The translations under genes and the position numbers were made by a program. Positions 48,306 through 59,831 of a stretch of DNA of 64,000 bases are shown piece after piece. Source of the DNA: Longimicrobiales bacterium (GTDB taxonomy: Bacteria > Gemmatimonadota > Gemmatimonadetes > Longimicrobiales > Gaopeijiaceae); contig OZ241892.1 in assembly GCA_965203485.1 (NCBI GenBank), positions 1,216,001 to 1,280,000 of the forward strand, read 5' to 3'. Each line of letters starts with the position of its first letter. The stretch's first letter is position 1. Under the pieces are notes generated by a model that ran no database searches, had not been told where the DNA came from, and saw nothing but the letters and a program-made list of their open reading frames with translations.

Positions 48306-50417
48306 ATGCACGACCAGCCGACATCGGGCAACGCCTTGTTGCGCCGCATCTGTTCGGTTTTCCGGCGGTCCGCCTGCTCGCTTCCGCTGGCTGTCTGCGT
48401 TGTCGCGGCGATAGCGGGCCTGGCCGTGGTCGACGACTACGGCGTGTCGGTGGACGAAGAGAGCAGGCGCCTCATCGGCGCCAGAGCGGCCGACTACGTG
48501 TTGGGCAAGAACGACGAAATGCTGCACCACTTCGACCGCGTCATGGGCGTCGCATTCGAATTGCCTCTGTATATCGTCGAGCACGTCTTGGGGCTCGACG
48601 ATTCGCGCAGCGTTTTTCTTGCTCGACACTTGCTTTCGCATTGGTTCTTCGTGGCTAGCGGATTCTTCTGCGCGTTGTTGACTCTTCGCCTGACGAACAG
48701 CAGATCCATCGCGGTGGTGACGATGCTGTTGTTCATGCTTCATCCGCGTTTGTATGCGCACTCCTTCTTCAACACGAAGGACGTCCCGTTCGCCGGCATG
48801 TTCATGATCTCTCTTTACGTCCTGTGGCGCGCCTTCGACCGCAGCGCCTGGCGGTCGTTCGTCCTTGCCGGCGTCGCGGTCGGCTGTCTCACGAGCATGC
48901 GCGTCATGGGACTTGCGCTGGTCTTCGGCGCAACTGTCCTCCAACTCTTGGACGTCGCTGCGGCGAAAGGGGTGCGGATCAAGAGGCGGCGTTGCGGCGA
49001 GCTGTGCGCCTTTCTCGGGGCCGCGGCCCTCACGCTCTACGCGACGTGGCCGTACCTGTGGGCAGATCCGCTGGCGCGGTTCGCCGAGTCGCTTTCGATG
49101 TCGGCAAGCCATCCGCTGGGGACGGCCGAATTGGTGAACGGCGAGCGGGTGTCCAGCCAGGATCTTCCGGCGTGGTATGCGTCGGCGTGGTTTGCGGTAA
49201 CCACCCCGCCGTACGTCTTGTTTCTCGGCTTGGTCGGCGCGGCATGGATTCTGGGGCGGTCCGCGCGCAGGCCCGTGGAAGCTCTGCGCAATGGCCGCTT
49301 TCGGTTTCAGCTGCTGATTGTCGGATGTCTCGTGGCGCCCGTTCTGGCGGTCGTCGTACTGAGGCCGACGCTCTTCAACGGTTGGCGCCATCTCTACTTC
49401 GCATATGCACCCTTTGCGTTGCTTGCGGGCGTCGGCCTTCACGAATTGGCGTCGCGGATTCGGTCGAAGCAGGCCAGGATCGGAATTGTCTGCATGGCGG
49501 GCGTCGGCTTGGTTGTCACGGTTGCAGGCATGATTCGACTGCATCCATATCAGCATGTATACTTCAACGCTCTTGTGGACAAGAGCGACGCCGAACGGCT
49601 AGCGGAACAGTACGAGTTGGACTATTGGCATACGGCATATCGCGAGGCATTCGAGTTTCTTCTCTCTCGTCGTCCGGATCAGCAGGTCTACGTTCAAGGA
49701 CAGTTTGGCGCCTCGATGCGGCAAAACGGCGGCATACTTCGGCCGGAGGAGCGGGCACGGCTGGCGATAAACCAGGAACGCGCGGACTTCTTTGTCGCCG
49801 TGTATGCCGACCGGGGACAGTCGAACTGGCGTCCGGTCTTCGGGCCGGTGTTGCACAGCAGGAAACTGTACAACAGCACCATCATGGAAGTGGCCGCGAT
49901 CGACTTGGCGGACGCGCCGGAGGCGGAGAAGTACCACCGCGCGTACGAGACCTATGCGGACGCCACGCCGCTGGTCCGCTCCGGGTACGACGTGTACGCG
50001 GACGAGGGCGGGCTGGCGTACCTCAAGGAGGCTTGCGACGCCAGCGATACGGGGACCGTGCTCTTCGTGCACGTCGTTCCGGCCGACGCTGGAGACCTGC
50101 TGGCCCACCGCCGGCTGCACGGATACCTCGGCGGGACGCATCCGTTCGGGCGGTTCGGCGCGCGGTTCGGCGGCAAGTGCCTGATGAGGGTGCCGCTCCC
50201 GGACTTTCCGATCTTTCGAGTCCGCACGGGAAGCGGCGGAGGCGGAAGCGGCGCCTGGGAAGCCGTGCTCGATATGGATGCGGCCAAGACGCGGGACGGA
50301 GAGGCGAGGAAAGGCGGGAGCGCCAACGAGACGGCGTCAACGCGAGGGGAGGCGACCACCGGGCCCAAGCCCGCGGCCCGTGGAGCGGCGTCAGCGCGAG
50401 GCGAGGCGAACCGCTAG
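48306..50417 (+). CDS. GT-C (family 39-like) membrane glycosyltransferase with extra C-terminal soluble domain
   Basis: DYGVSVDE, HPRLYAHSFFNTKDVPF, FNGWRHLYF, HPYQHVYFN, ELDYW motifs; many TM segments. Confidence 0.8.
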   Translation: MHDQPTSGNALLRRICSVFRRSACSLPLAVCVVAAIAGLAVVDDYGVSVDEESRRLIGARAADYVLGKNDEMLHHFDRVMGVAFELPLYIVEHVLGLDDSRSVFLARHLLSHWFFVASGFFCALLTLRLTNSRSIAVVTMLLFMLHPRLYAHSFFNTKDVPFAGMFMISLYVLWRAFDRSAWRSFVLAGVAVGCLTSMRVMGLALVFGATVLQLLDVAAAKGVRIKRRRCGELCAFLGAAALTLYATWPYLWADPLARFAESLSMSASHPLGTAELVNGERVSSQDLPAWYASAWFAVTTPPYVLFLGLVGAAWILGRSARRPVEALRNGRFRFQLLIVGCLVAPVLAVVVLRPTLFNGWRHLYFAYAPFALLAGVGLHELASRIRSKQARIGIVCMAGVGLVVTVAGMIRLHPYQHVYFNALVDKSDAERLAEQYELDYWHTAYREAFEFLLSRRPDQQVYVQGQFGASMRQNGGILRPEERARLAINQERADFFVAVYADRGQSNWRPVFGPVLHSRKLYNSTIMEVAAIDLADAPEAEKYHRAYETYADATPLVRSGYDVYADEGGLAYLKEACDASDTGTVLFVHVVPADAGDLLAHRRLHGYLGGTHPFGRFGARFGGKCLMRVPLPDFPIFRVRTGSGGGGSGAWEAVLDMDAAKTRDGEARKGGSANETASTRGEATTGPKPAARGAASARGEANR

Positions 50418-51356
50418 GCGCAACGCTTCCGTCATTGAGGAGGGGTCGGCGGCGCCGGACCGCGCAATGTCGAAGGCGGTCCCGTGGTCGGGGGAGGTGC
50501 GCACGAACGGCAAGCCGATCGTCACGTTGACGCCCCGGCGAAAGGATGCGGTCTTGAAAGCGGCCATGCCCACGTCGTGATACGGTGCGACGACGGCGTC
50601 GAACTCGCCGCAGAAAGCACGCGTGAACGCGGTATCGGCGGGGATCGGTCCGAGGACGGTTGCCGGGTCGTCGCGAAGGGCGTCGAGGGCCTGCGGGTAG
50701 ACGCGGCCTTCCTCGGAGCCGAACAGGCCGCCGTCGGAGGCGTGCGGGTTCAAGGCGCAGAGCGCGATGCGCGGGGCGGGGACTCCCCACCGTTCGCGCA
50801 GCGCAGCCGACAACAGGCGCGTCTTGGAGGCGAGGAGCTGAGCGGTCAGAAGGGCGGGCACTCGAGCCAGGGCGACATGAGTGGTGGCGAGCAGGACGCG
50901 CTTGGGCGCGACGGCGGCCGCCGAGATCGCCGGTACCGCAGACGCCGCCACGGCGGGCTCGTCGGCGCACATGAGCATTCCGACCGAGTCGGCGCCCGCC
51001 AGTTCCGCGAGCATCTCGGTGTGGCCCGGCGGGTAGCCTGCGCGCGCGAGCGCCCGCTTCTCCAGCGGCGCGGTGACGACGGCGTCGGCTTCGCCGGCCA
51101 GCGCGAGGGCGGCGGCGCGTTCCACCGCGAGACCAGCGGCCCGGCCGGGGTCCAAGCCCGCGGCCCCGTCCGCGACGCACTCGAACTCGCAACGGCCGGG
51201 CAAGGAGGCGAAGGCGTCCTCGCACTCGATCGGACCCACGACCCGCACGGTGCAGGGAAGTCCTTCGTCTTCGGCCGCCGCCAGGGCCGTGGCCGCCACT
51301 TCCGGCCCGATCCCGCGCGGGTCGCCGGCCGTCACGACGACGCGCGGCCCAGTCAC
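50391..51356 (-). CDS. pdxA: 4-hydroxythreonine-4-phosphate dehydrogenase
   Basis: T.GDP.GIGPE, VTAPL.K, GHTE, TTHVAL, LNPHA, ADTAF, YHD, GLPFVRTSPDHGTAFDIA. Confidence 0.96.
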   Translation of the reverse strand: MTGPRVVVTAGDPRGIGPEVAATALAAAEDEGLPCTVRVVGPIECEDAFASLPGRCEFECVADGAAGLDPGRAAGLAVERAAALALAGEADAVVTAPLEKRALARAGYPPGHTEMLAELAGADSVGMLMCADEPAVAASAVPAISAAAVAPKRVLLATTHVALARVPALLTAQLLASKTRLLSAALRERWGVPAPRIALCALNPHASDGGLFGSEEGRVYPQALDALRDDPATVLGPIPADTAFTRAFCGEFDAVVAPYHDVGMAAFKTASFRRGVNVTIGLPFVRTSPDHGTAFDIARSGAADPSSMTEALRLAVRLASR

Positions 51357-51402
51357 GGCGGAATCAGTCGGTCGCGTGCCCGGGCCCTCGTCGGCGGGGA
51401 GG

Positions 51403-52758
51403 TCAATACGTCTTGATCTCGACGTACGTCTTGGCCCTCAGCCCTTCCAGCAAGGCCGTGAACCGCTTTTGTTGGACGAGGTTGGCCCGGATGCTCTCGC
51501 GCAGATCCTCGAATCCGAAGGCGCCGGCTTCGCGGGTTTCCAAGACCTTGATCACTGCGAACCTGTCCTTGCCCTGATAGGAGAACTGGATGGGGCCGAA
51601 GAGCTCTCCAGCGCTTCGTGGGCTCCCTAGCGGCGCCAGGTAGGCGGGCGGCAGGCGTTGCGCGACCTGTCGGCGGGCGACGGTCGCGGAGTCCGCCCTG
51701 AAGGGGAACACCAGTGCGTCGTGGTGTTCGTCGACGAGTTCGGCAAAATCGCGGCCGGAGCGCGCATCGGCCGCGATCTCTTCTGCCAGTGCGCGGGCCC
51801 GCCCGACGTCGGTCGGCGTCGTCTCCGGTACGACGAGGATGTGACGAGCCCGCCGCTCCGCGAACCGGACTTGGTCGACGCGAATGACGTGGTACCCGAA
51901 GGCCGTCTCGACGACGTCGCTGACTTGTCCCTCGGCGAGCCCGAACGCCGCGTCTTCGAATTCGTCGACGAAGGCGCCTTCGCGACGGAACCAGCCCAAG
52001 TCGCCGCCCGCCGCGGCCGAGCCGGGATCTTGCGAGTGCGCTTGGGCCAGCTCGGCGAAGTCCTCGCCCGCCCGGGCGCGCTCCATCAACGCTTCGGCGG
52101 TTGCGCGGGCCGCGGCCCGCGCGGAGTCGTCCGGCGTCACCGACAGCACGACCTGCTGGAACGTGATTGTCGCGGGGCGCTCCTGAAGCGTTTCCTGGCC
52201 GGCGTCGAACAGCGCCCGCATCTCCTCCTCCGAGACCTCGACGGCGGCGGAGCTCATGCGCAGGCGGAGATAGAGTTCGACGAGCTTGTCCTGCCGAACC
52301 TGTTGGCGAAGCCTCTCCCGGTACCCCTGCATCGTGAGCCCCTCGCGTTGCAGAGCTTGCTCCATTTCCGAGCGGGACGCGTAGTTGGCCTGCACCCGGT
52401 CCACGTGCTCCTGGACGGCCCCGTCGACCTCGGCTTCGTCGACCGCGAGCAAGGTGTCGGCGGCCGCCGCCTGCAACACGATCTGGTGGTTGACCAGGTC
52501 GTTGAGCTGCTCGGCTAGGAACTGGTCGCGTTCGGGCGTGCCCGGGGCGGGAACGGGCTGCCCCGAGTTCCGCAACTCGTTCTCGCGCTCCAGCAACTGC
52601 GACAGCAAGATGGCGGAGTCGCCGACGACCGCCACGACGCGATCGACCGGCGCCGGGCCTCCGACTACCTGGGCCGGCAGCGTGCCTGCCGGAACGAAGA
52701 ACGCCGCCAGGCCCACGAGCGCCCGTGCACCGGCATGTCGGCGCTTCCGATGCGGCAT
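51403..52758 (-). CDS. surA: SurA-like peptidyl-prolyl isomerase
   Basis: Signal peptide; VDRVVAVVG; parvulin [15 protein letters not shown]...GGDLGW, FGYHVI, ARHIL; upstream of pdxA. Confidence 0.85.
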   Translation of the reverse strand: MPHRKRRHAGARALVGLAAFFVPAGTLPAQVVGGPAPVDRVVAVVGDSAILLSQLLERENELRNSGQPVPAPGTPERDQFLAEQLNDLVNHQIVLQAAAADTLLAVDEAEVDGAVQEHVDRVQANYASRSEMEQALQREGLTMQGYRERLRQQVRQDKLVELYLRLRMSSAAVEVSEEEMRALFDAGQETLQERPATITFQQVVLSVTPDDSARAAARATAEALMERARAGEDFAELAQAHSQDPGSAAAGGDLGWFRREGAFVDEFEDAAFGLAEGQVSDVVETAFGYHVIRVDQVRFAERRARHILVVPETTPTDVGRARALAEEIAADARSGRDFAELVDEHHDALVFPFRADSATVARRQVAQRLPPAYLAPLGSPRSAGELFGPIQFSYQGKDRFAVIKVLETREAGAFGFEDLRESIRANLVQQKRFTALLEGLRAKTYVEIKTY

Positions 52759-52822
52759 TCGAGTCCCTCCGGGAGACGGCAGTGGCCGGCACGCGGCGCG
52801 CAGAGACAACCGCTCTGCCGAG

Positions 52823-55800
52823 CTAGAACGGTTGCAGCGCGCGAGCTTGCTCCGCGGTCGCCTCTGCGCGGCCGGCGTGAATCCGCCACGCCGCCTGCGA
52901 TCGCAGGAGAAAAGTAACGTCGCCCAAGGGCGTCATCTCCTGCCGGCCTGAAAGGATGCGCGCCAGGGCGGCCTCGACGCGCGCCGCCGTCCCGTCGCCA
53001 GGCCGCCTTGCGGCTCGGCCGGAATCGGTTGCGAGGCTTGCGCCGCCGTCCCGCGGCGCCGAGCCGCCGGCAGAAGGCGCATCCGCCTCCAGCCGGAGCT
53101 CACGCTGCTCGGGACCGGCAAGGTCCTGCGCCTCCGGGTCGCCGGAGGCAGCCTCCTGCGCCGACGGGGCGGCGCTTCCGTGAAGTCCGATCAGCCGGCC
53201 TCCCTCGCGAATCGCGTCGCGGACGGCCCAGGCCAGGGAGTCCCGCGTTGCCGGGACCGGCTCGAAGCCGCGTGCGCGCGCCTCGGCGAGCAGCGCCTGC
53301 TCCCGGCCGAGCCTGCGCAACGCCGAGCGAAGATCGTCGTCGTCCGCCTCCGCCACGCCCTGGGCAAAGGCGCCCGAAGAGCGGCGCACCAAGGCGGCGA
53401 ACTCTCCGGCGGTGTAGGCGCCGCCGCTCCACGTGAGCAACGGCCTGCCGGTGCCCCGCGCCGCCAGCCGCCGGGGCCTCGACCGCGATAGGCCCCGCGC
53501 AACCTCCAGCGCGTCGTCCGCCAGCGCGAGGCCGGACGCGGAGTCGAGATGCTGCAGGAAGGCGGCCTCGGCCTCGGCGAGGCGTTCCGTCCGAATCCGC
53601 CGTCGAAACGCGTCGGCCACTTCCGGCAACTCCGGCACGTCCAACGCCTCGAGCTTCAGGACGTGGTAGCCGAGCGACGTCCTCACCGGATCGCTGACTT
53701 CGCCCGGGCGCATGCCGAACACCGCGCTGTCGACGGGCCTCAGCAGCTCGCCGCGCTCGACGACGCCCAGTCGTCCCCCGCGCTGCGCGTTGCCGGGGTC
53801 GTCGCTGAACGCCCTGGCCAGCGCGGCGAAGTCGTCGCCTCGGTCCAAGCGGCGCCGCACCATGTCGGCGGCGGCCAGCACGCTGTCGCGTTGGAGTTGC
53901 GTAGCCGCGGCGGGGAACAGCAGCAGGATCTGCGACGCGGTCGCCTGGGCGCCGGGCAGCTCGACCGCGAACCGCTCGGCCAGCTCTTCGTCGCTCACCA
54001 CCGTGTCCGCTTCGAGCGCCTCCCCGTGCAGTCCGGCCAGCATCCGTTCCCGCAGCATGGGCTCGACGGCCGTCCCCACGTCGAGGCCGGCGAGCGTGGA
54101 GTCCGCGGCCAGGCGGGTCGCCAACAGCGTGTAGTCCACCCACAGCTCGGCCACGGTCCGCACCACCTGCGCGTCGACCGGGACCGCGCTGTGCTCGGCG
54201 ATCAGCGCCGCCGCCTGCGTCATGCCCAGCCGGGCGCCGCCCGCCTCCGCCAGCGTGTCCCCGCCGCATCCCGCCGCCAGCGTCGCGCAGACCGCGGCAG
54301 CCACGCCCGCCGACGCCCGCCCGCGGACCGTCGCGCTTCGAGATCCATCTCGCGCGTTCGCGCCGGTCTCGCCGAGAGCGTCGATGGCCCGGACGACGAT
54401 TTCGGGCAAGCGTTCCTCGGCGCCGGCCTCGAGCGCCACCGCCAACGGAGACAGGCGCGGCACCTCCACGCCGACGTCCTCTTCGTCGAGCGCGCCGGCG
54501 AGCGCCGACATGCGCGGCGCGACCTCCGGCCGGAAGTCCAAGCGCGCCCGCCGTCCCTTCACATGAATGCGCGCGACGCCCGCGTCCCGGCCGGCGAGGC
54601 CGAGCACGGCTTGGTCCACGAGACTCCTCGCTTCCGGGGGCAACGGTCCGAACCGGTCCGCCAGCTCGCCGGCCAGCGCCGCCACGTCGGCGCGGTCGGA
54701 GACGCCGGCCAGCCTCCGGTAAACATGGAGCTTCTGGCGCTCGTCCGCCACGTAGTCCGCAGGCAGGTAGGCGCCGTGCTCCATGGCGATTTCGGGCCGG
54801 GGAAAGTCCGCCTCGCCGGGCTGGTTGCGGATGCGCCGGACCGCCTTCTCCAGGAGGCGCATGTACGTCTCGACACCCACGGCGTGCGCGAAGCCCGATT
54901 GGGCGTCGCCCAGGAGGTTGCCCGCGCCACGGGCCTGCAGGTCGCGCAACGCGATCTGGTACCCGCTGCCGAGTTCGGTGTAGTGCTCCAGCACGCTCAA
55001 CCGGCGGGCGGCGTCGTCGGCGAGCTCCTCGGGGGCGATCAGGTAGCAGAAGGCCCGCCGGTCCGACCGGCCGACGCGCCCGCGGATTTGATGCAGTTGC
55101 GCGAGGCCGAAGCGGTCGGCGCGGTCGACGATCAGCGTGTTGGCATTTGCCACGTCGAGGCCGTTCTCGATGATCGCCGAGCAAACCAGCACGTCGGTGC
55201 CGCCGTCGACGAAGCGGGTCATTGCTTCGTGCAGCCGACGGGGGCGCATCCGGCCGTGCGCCACGCCGACGGTTGCGGGCGCGGCCAGGTCGCGAACGCG
55301 CGCGGCCACCGTGTCGATTGTCTCGACGCGGTTGTGCAGAAAGAAGACTTGGCCGCCCCGGTCTATCTCCCTCTCGCAGGCCTCCGCGATAATGCGGTCG
55401 TGCCACGGGACGACGCGCGTGACGATGGGGAGGCGGTTTCTCGGGGGCGTGCGGATCAACGACATGTCCCGGATCCCCGCGAGCGACAGGTAGAGCGTGC
55501 GGGGGATGGGCGTCGCCGAGAGCGTGAGCACGTCCACGGTCGTCCGCAACTGCTTGATCCGTTCCTTCTGGCGCACGCCGAGGCGTTGCTCTTCGTCCAC
55601 GACCAGCAGTCCCAGGTCCTTGAACGCCACGTCGCGCGACAGCAGTCGGTGCGTGCCCACGACCACGTCCACCGAGCCGTTGCGGATGCCCTCCAGCACT
55701 TGCCGTTGCTGGGCCGCATCCTCGAAGCGCGAGAGCGACGCGACGCGAACGGGATACTTGTCCAGGCGCTCCCTGAACGATCCCGCATGCTGCGCCGCGA

Positions 55801-57841
55801 GCACCGTCGTCGGCGCCAGGACCGCGACCTGCTTGCCGTCCTGGACGGCCTTGAAGGCGGCCCGGACCGCCACCTCCGTCTTGCCGTATCCGGCATCGCC
55901 GCAGACGAGCCGGTCCATGATCGCGGGCGATTCCATGTCGCGCTTGACCTCTTCCGCCGCGCGCCGCTGGTCGGGCGTGTCTTCGTAGGGGAACGCGGAT
56001 TCCATCTCGCGTTGCCACTCGGTGTCGGCCGAGTACGCATGGCCGGCTCCGGACTTGCGGACCGCGTAGAGGTCGAGGAGTTCGGCCGTCATTGCCTGGA
56101 TTGCGTCCTCGGTCTTGCGCCTCAAGTTCTTCCAGCGCTTGCCGCCGATTCGGTCGAGGCGCGCCGGGGCCGCTTCGGGATCGGGACCTATCCAGCGCTC
56201 GACTTGGTCGAGCGCGTGCACCGGAACGCGCAACAGCTCGCCGCCCGCGTATGCGATCACCAGAGCCTCCAGCGGCTGGCCGCCGATGTTGACGCGTTCC
56301 AGGCCCCGGAATCGGCCGATGCCGTGATCCATGTGCACGACGTAGTCGCCGGACGAGAGTTCGGCCAGGCTCTCGACGGAGGCGCTGCCGCGGAACCGCC
56401 GCGTCGACGGTCGCCGTCGCCTGCGCCGGAAGAGTTCGTGATCGGCGAGGACGTTGGCGGGGGGCGAGGCGTCGGGCAGGCGAAAGCCGCCTGCGATGCT
56501 TCCGGAGACGAAGCTGCAACTGGCGGGCGGCACGCCGCGGCGGTCCGACACGAGTTCCTCCAGGCGGGTTGCCTGGCCCTCGTTGTCGCAAAGGATCGAC
56601 GTGGCGGCGCCTGCCGTGGCCGCCGACGCCAGGAACCGCCTGAGCGCGCGGAGGTCGCCGTCCACCTGCGGCGGGGCAAGCGCGTTGAAGACGACGTCGC
56701 CCGTCGGCGCCTCGCCAAGCCGCAGGCGGGCGAAGCGGGAAACGCGCTCCCGGAAGCCGTCCGCGTCCAGGAACAAGCGCGCGGGCTGGACGGCGGGGTT
56801 GCCGTGGCGCTTGGCGTCGCTGCAGCGGCGGGCGGCGTCCCGCCACGCGGCGGCCGCGTCCTCCGTCCAGTCGGCCCCGCCGGTGCGGAGCAGGACGGCG
56901 CCCCGCGGAAGCCGGTCGAGGAGCGACGTGGGCGCCGCGGCGGCGGAGGAACCGGCCGCGAAAGCGCCGGTTCCCCCGGCCTCGCCGCCAGGCGCCGCGG
57001 CCGTGGGCGTTGCGGGCGGGCCGCGGCCGTCGCTTCGGCGCCCACGATGGCGAGTCGGCGCCGCGGCGCTCCGGGCCGCCGGCCCGCGGAGCACGGCCTC
57101 GCCGCCGGCCATGGCGGGACGCGGGACGCGGTCGGCCGCCTCTGCCCGGTCGCGGAAGGCGACGGGCAGGATGTCGACGCTGTCGACGATCTGGGTCGAG
57201 AGCTGGTCGCGCACGTCGAAGAGGCGAACCGAATCCACGGCCTCGCCGCTGAACTCGATGCGGGCGGGCCCGGCCGCGCCGAGCGAGAACACGTCCACGA
57301 TTCCTCCTCGAATCGCGTAGCAGCCCACTTCCTCGACCGTGGGCACGCAACGGAAGCCCCTCTCCTGCAAGGCGGCGATCACGGCGTCCCGGCCGGGACG
57401 CGTGCCGCTGGCGACGACGAAGCGCAGTCCGGCCAAGTCCCGCGGGATGCGGGCGACCTCCTGCAACGCTCTGCGCGTGGCAACGAGGATGCGGGCGCGA
57501 CCTGCGAGCACGGCCTCGACCGCTTCGACCCGCTGGCCCGACGTCGCGGCGGCTTCGCCCTCTTCTTCGCCGCCGGCGAGTTCGCGCTGCGGGTAGTGGA
57601 CCGCGTCCCCCGGAGCCAGCGCTTCAAGGTCCTGGAAGTGGTCGGCCGCGTCGCCCGGCGACGAAGCGGCCACGACCCAGAGCCGCTCGGGCGCCTGCCG
57701 CGCCAGCGCGGCCGCGACGACGACCGGCAGCGAGCCCGCCATTCCCCCGGCCGACCTCGATTCGCCCGGTCGCGGCAGGCGCGCGGCCAGCTCCCGCAAC
57801 GCCGGAGTGGAGGCCACCGCCGCAACGGCGGGATGCTCCAT
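52823..57841 (-). CDS. mfd: Transcription-repair coupling factor Mfd, continuing in frame into a lipoprotein-type parvulin PPIase (~52823-54330)
   Basis: [25 protein letters not shown]-like motif, [37 protein letters not shown]; then LAAG-C lipobox and parvulin motifs. Confidence 0.93.
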   Translation of the reverse strand: MEHPAVAAVASTPALRELAARLPRPGESRSAGGMAGSLPVVVAAALARQAPERLWVVAASSPGDAADHFQDLEALAPGDAVHYPQRELAGGEEEGEAAATSGQRVEAVEAVLAGRARILVATRRALQEVARIPRDLAGLRFVVASGTRPGRDAVIAALQERGFRCVPTVEEVGCYAIRGGIVDVFSLGAAGPARIEFSGEAVDSVRLFDVRDQLSTQIVDSVDILPVAFRDRAEAADRVPRPAMAGGEAVLRGPAARSAAAPTRHRGRRSDGRGPPATPTAAAPGGEAGGTGAFAAGSSAAAAPTSLLDRLPRGAVLLRTGGADWTEDAAAAWRDAARRCSDAKRHGNPAVQPARLFLDADGFRERVSRFARLRLGEAPTGDVVFNALAPPQVDGDLRALRRFLASAATAGAATSILCDNEGQATRLEELVSDRRGVPPASCSFVSGSIAGGFRLPDASPPANVLADHELFRRRRRRPSTRRFRGSASVESLAELSSGDYVVHMDHGIGRFRGLERVNIGGQPLEALVIAYAGGELLRVPVHALDQVERWIGPDPEAAPARLDRIGGKRWKNLRRKTEDAIQAMTAELLDLYAVRKSGAGHAYSADTEWQREMESAFPYEDTPDQRRAAEEVKRDMESPAIMDRLVCGDAGYGKTEVAVRAAFKAVQDGKQVAVLAPTTVLAAQHAGSFRERLDKYPVRVASLSRFEDAAQQRQVLEGIRNGSVDVVVGTHRLLSRDVAFKDLGLLVVDEEQRLGVRQKERIKQLRTTVDVLTLSATPIPRTLYLSLAGIRDMSLIRTPPRNRLPIVTRVVPWHDRIIAEACEREIDRGGQVFFLHNRVETIDTVAARVRDLAAPATVGVAHGRMRPRRLHEAMTRFVDGGTDVLVCSAIIENGLDVANANTLIVDRADRFGLAQLHQIRGRVGRSDRRAFCYLIAPEELADDAARRLSVLEHYTELGSGYQIALRDLQARGAGNLLGDAQSGFAHAVGVETYMRLLEKAVRRIRNQPGEADFPRPEIAMEHGAYLPADYVADERQKLHVYRRLAGVSDRADVAALAGELADRFGPLPPEARSLVDQAVLGLAGRDAGVARIHVKGRRARLDFRPEVAPRMSALAGALDEEDVGVEVPRLSPLAVALEAGAEERLPEIVVRAIDALGETGANARDGSRSATVRGRASAGVAAAVCATLAAGCGGDTLAEAGGARLGMTQAAALIAEHSAVPVDAQVVRTVAELWVDYTLLATRLAADSTLAGLDVGTAVEPMLRERMLAGLHGEALEADTVVSDEELAERFAVELPGAQATASQILLLFPAAATQLQRDSVLAAADMVRRRLDRGDDFAALARAFSDDPGNAQRGGRLGVVERGELLRPVDSAVFGMRPGEVSDPVRTSLGYHVLKLEALDVPELPEVADAFRRRIRTERLAEAEAAFLQHLDSASGLALADDALEVARGLSRSRPRRLAARGTGRPLLTWSGGAYTAGEFAALVRRSSGAFAQGVAEADDDDLRSALRRLGREQALLAEARARGFEPVPATRDSLAWAVRDAIREGGRLIGLHGSAAPSAQEAASGDPEAQDLAGPEQRELRLEADAPSAGGSAPRDGGASLATDSGRAARRPGDGTAARVEAALARILSGRQEMTPLGDVTFLLRSQAAWRIHAGRAEATAEQARALQPF

Positions 57842-57845
57842 CCCG

Positions 57846-59831
57846 CTACCCGCCACCGGCCCGCAAGCTTGCCGTCCCGGCGCGCCCCTCGCGCAACCGC
57901 TTCGGTGCGGCGACCAAGCTCTCCGCGACCAGCAGCGCCAGCAGCAGGACCAGAAGCGCCCGCCAGGGCTCGGGACCGCGCCGGTTGCGGAACACCGCGT
58001 CGCGCAAGCCCGCCAAGTCCTCCACGACCGCGACGACGCCCGGCGCCGCGGCTCGCACTTGGTCCGGCGACGCCGGGGCCAGGTCGATTTCCTCGACGGG
58101 CGCGTTCACCGCCACCGAGTCGACAACGGAGTCGCCCGCCAGAACCTCGTAAATGCCGGTCAGCGCCGTTTCGAGAAAGGGCTGGCCGCCGTCCACTCGG
58201 TGCTCGGCGCCGTCCGGAGCCCGGACTCTGGAAGCGATCCCCGGCAAGAGGATGGGACTGCCCGCGGGCGCCGAGACCGCGCCCCCGCCGTCGAAGCGAG
58301 CGACGATCCACTCCAGCAGCGGGATCATTGCCGCCGAAACGGCAACGTCGGTCGATCGCGCGTCGAGGGGCGATGCGAACAGCACGTAGGAGCCCGAACG
58401 CGTTCGTCCGGCCACGAGCCAGGGATCGCCGCTGGAGAGCACGACCAGCCGCGCGGTGCCGGCCGCTCGGTCGTCGCCGCCGTCGGCCGGCTCGGCCCCC
58501 TCGCCCAGCGCGGTCCGGCCTCGTCCGGCGGCCGGAACGATGCGATGAAAGACGGACACCTCCATGTCGTCCAGCGCCAAGGGGAGGTGATTGGCCGCCA
58601 CGCGGACTCCGGCGCCCGCGCGCGAAGCGTAGGCGAACGGAATGGCCGCTTGGGCGAGCCGTCGGTTCAAGGCCGGCAGCAGGGCGGGGTCGGCGGCGGG
58701 CACGATCACCGCGGCCTGGGACGGGGTCCGCCGGTCGAGCCCCTCGCCTGCCGCACTCACCAGCAAGGCGGCTCCTTCGAGCGGGCCGCGCGCGACGCGG
58801 CCGTGCTCCTCGAGCGCTCCCAGCGCTTCGGTCACGAAGAGGCCGGGGGCGCCCGCGGTGGCCAGCGGGGTCGGCTCGCGAACCCGCAGCGCGAAGTAGC
58901 GCCTGTCGTCGGCCGCCAGCGCGTCGGAGTCGATCTCGGCATGCCCGTCGACCCGCCCCGCCGCGAAGGGGCCGGCGAGCAGCCGCACCGAAGACCCCGC
59001 CGGCACGGCCGCCGCGGCGCGCACGCGTCCTCCGATCGCCAGCCGCACCCCGACGGTATCGTCCTCCGCGTCCCCCCGAACGGCGACGGCGACTTCGGTC
59101 CGCCGGCCGGCGAGCGGCCGAAGCCCCCCGTCGAACGAGAGCGAGGCCACGCCCCGGTTGCGCCCGCCGCCGGCCGGTCGAGCCCCGAAGACGACGACGG
59201 GAACGGCGCTCGGACCGCCTCCTCGGCCCGGCTCCGCGAAGCCGGACGCCTGCATGTCCGTGAAGACGTGCACCTCCTGCGCCGCCAGTCCGCTTTGGCC
59301 GACCAGCTCTCGCGCCCGCCCGACGGCCCTGCCGATGTTGCCGGGAGCGTGCCCGGACCTCGTCTCGTCGACCGCTTCGCGCGCGCGTTCGGCGCCGCCC
59401 CGCACGGCCGGCTCCCACGGCGCCCCGGCGCGGAGCACCCAGAACACGTCGTCGTGGCCCGCCATCGCCACGCTCGCCCGCGCCGCCGCCTTCAGCGTGT
59501 CGAGCAGGCGCCGCCCCCCGTCCACGATCGACGTGCTCATCGAGTTGTCGAGCACGATCGCCACGGCCGTGGGCTCGTGGCTCGTGCCCGGACCCGCCAC
59601 GTACAGCCGGGCGCCGGCCAACGTGGCGACCGCGACGATTGCGATCCGCAACAGCAGCAGCAGCAGCTTGGACCGGATTCGCCGCGCATGGTCGCGCTCG
59701 TGGCGGAGCAGGTAGCGGATGGCCGGAAACGGGACGCTCTCGGTGCGTCGCCGAAAGAAGAAGTGCAGCAGCAGGGGCACGGCGGCCGCTCCGCCCGCCA
59801 GCAGGAACCAGGGTTGCAAGAACCCGATCAA
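57846..59831 (-). CDS. BatA/vWA domain membrane protein
   Basis: F..PW.L......PLLLH.....F.....L double-TM N-terminus; MIDAS DNSMS; FTDMQ; C-terminal LW..LL...E; TTGA overlap. Confidence 0.88.
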   Translation of the reverse strand: MIGFLQPWFLLAGGAAAVPLLLHFFFRRRTESVPFPAIRYLLRHERDHARRIRSKLLLLLLRIAIVAVATLAGARLYVAGPGTSHEPTAVAIVLDNSMSTSIVDGGRRLLDTLKAAARASVAMAGHDDVFWVLRAGAPWEPAVRGGAERAREAVDETRSGHAPGNIGRAVGRARELVGQSGLAAQEVHVFTDMQASGFAEPGRGGGPSAVPVVVFGARPAGGGRNRGVASLSFDGGLRPLAGRRTEVAVAVRGDAEDDTVGVRLAIGGRVRAAAAVPAGSSVRLLAGPFAAGRVDGHAEIDSDALAADDRRYFALRVREPTPLATAGAPGLFVTEALGALEEHGRVARGPLEGAALLVSAAGEGLDRRTPSQAAVIVPAADPALLPALNRRLAQAAIPFAYASRAGAGVRVAANHLPLALDDMEVSVFHRIVPAAGRGRTALGEGAEPADGGDDRAAGTARLVVLSSGDPWLVAGRTRSGSYVLFASPLDARSTDVAVSAAMIPLLEWIVARFDGGGAVSAPAGSPILLPGIASRVRAPDGAEHRVDGGQPFLETALTGIYEVLAGDSVVDSVAVNAPVEEIDLAPASPDQVRAAAPGVVAVVEDLAGLRDAVFRNRRGPEPWRALLVLLLALLVAESLVAAPKRLREGRAGTASLRAGGG

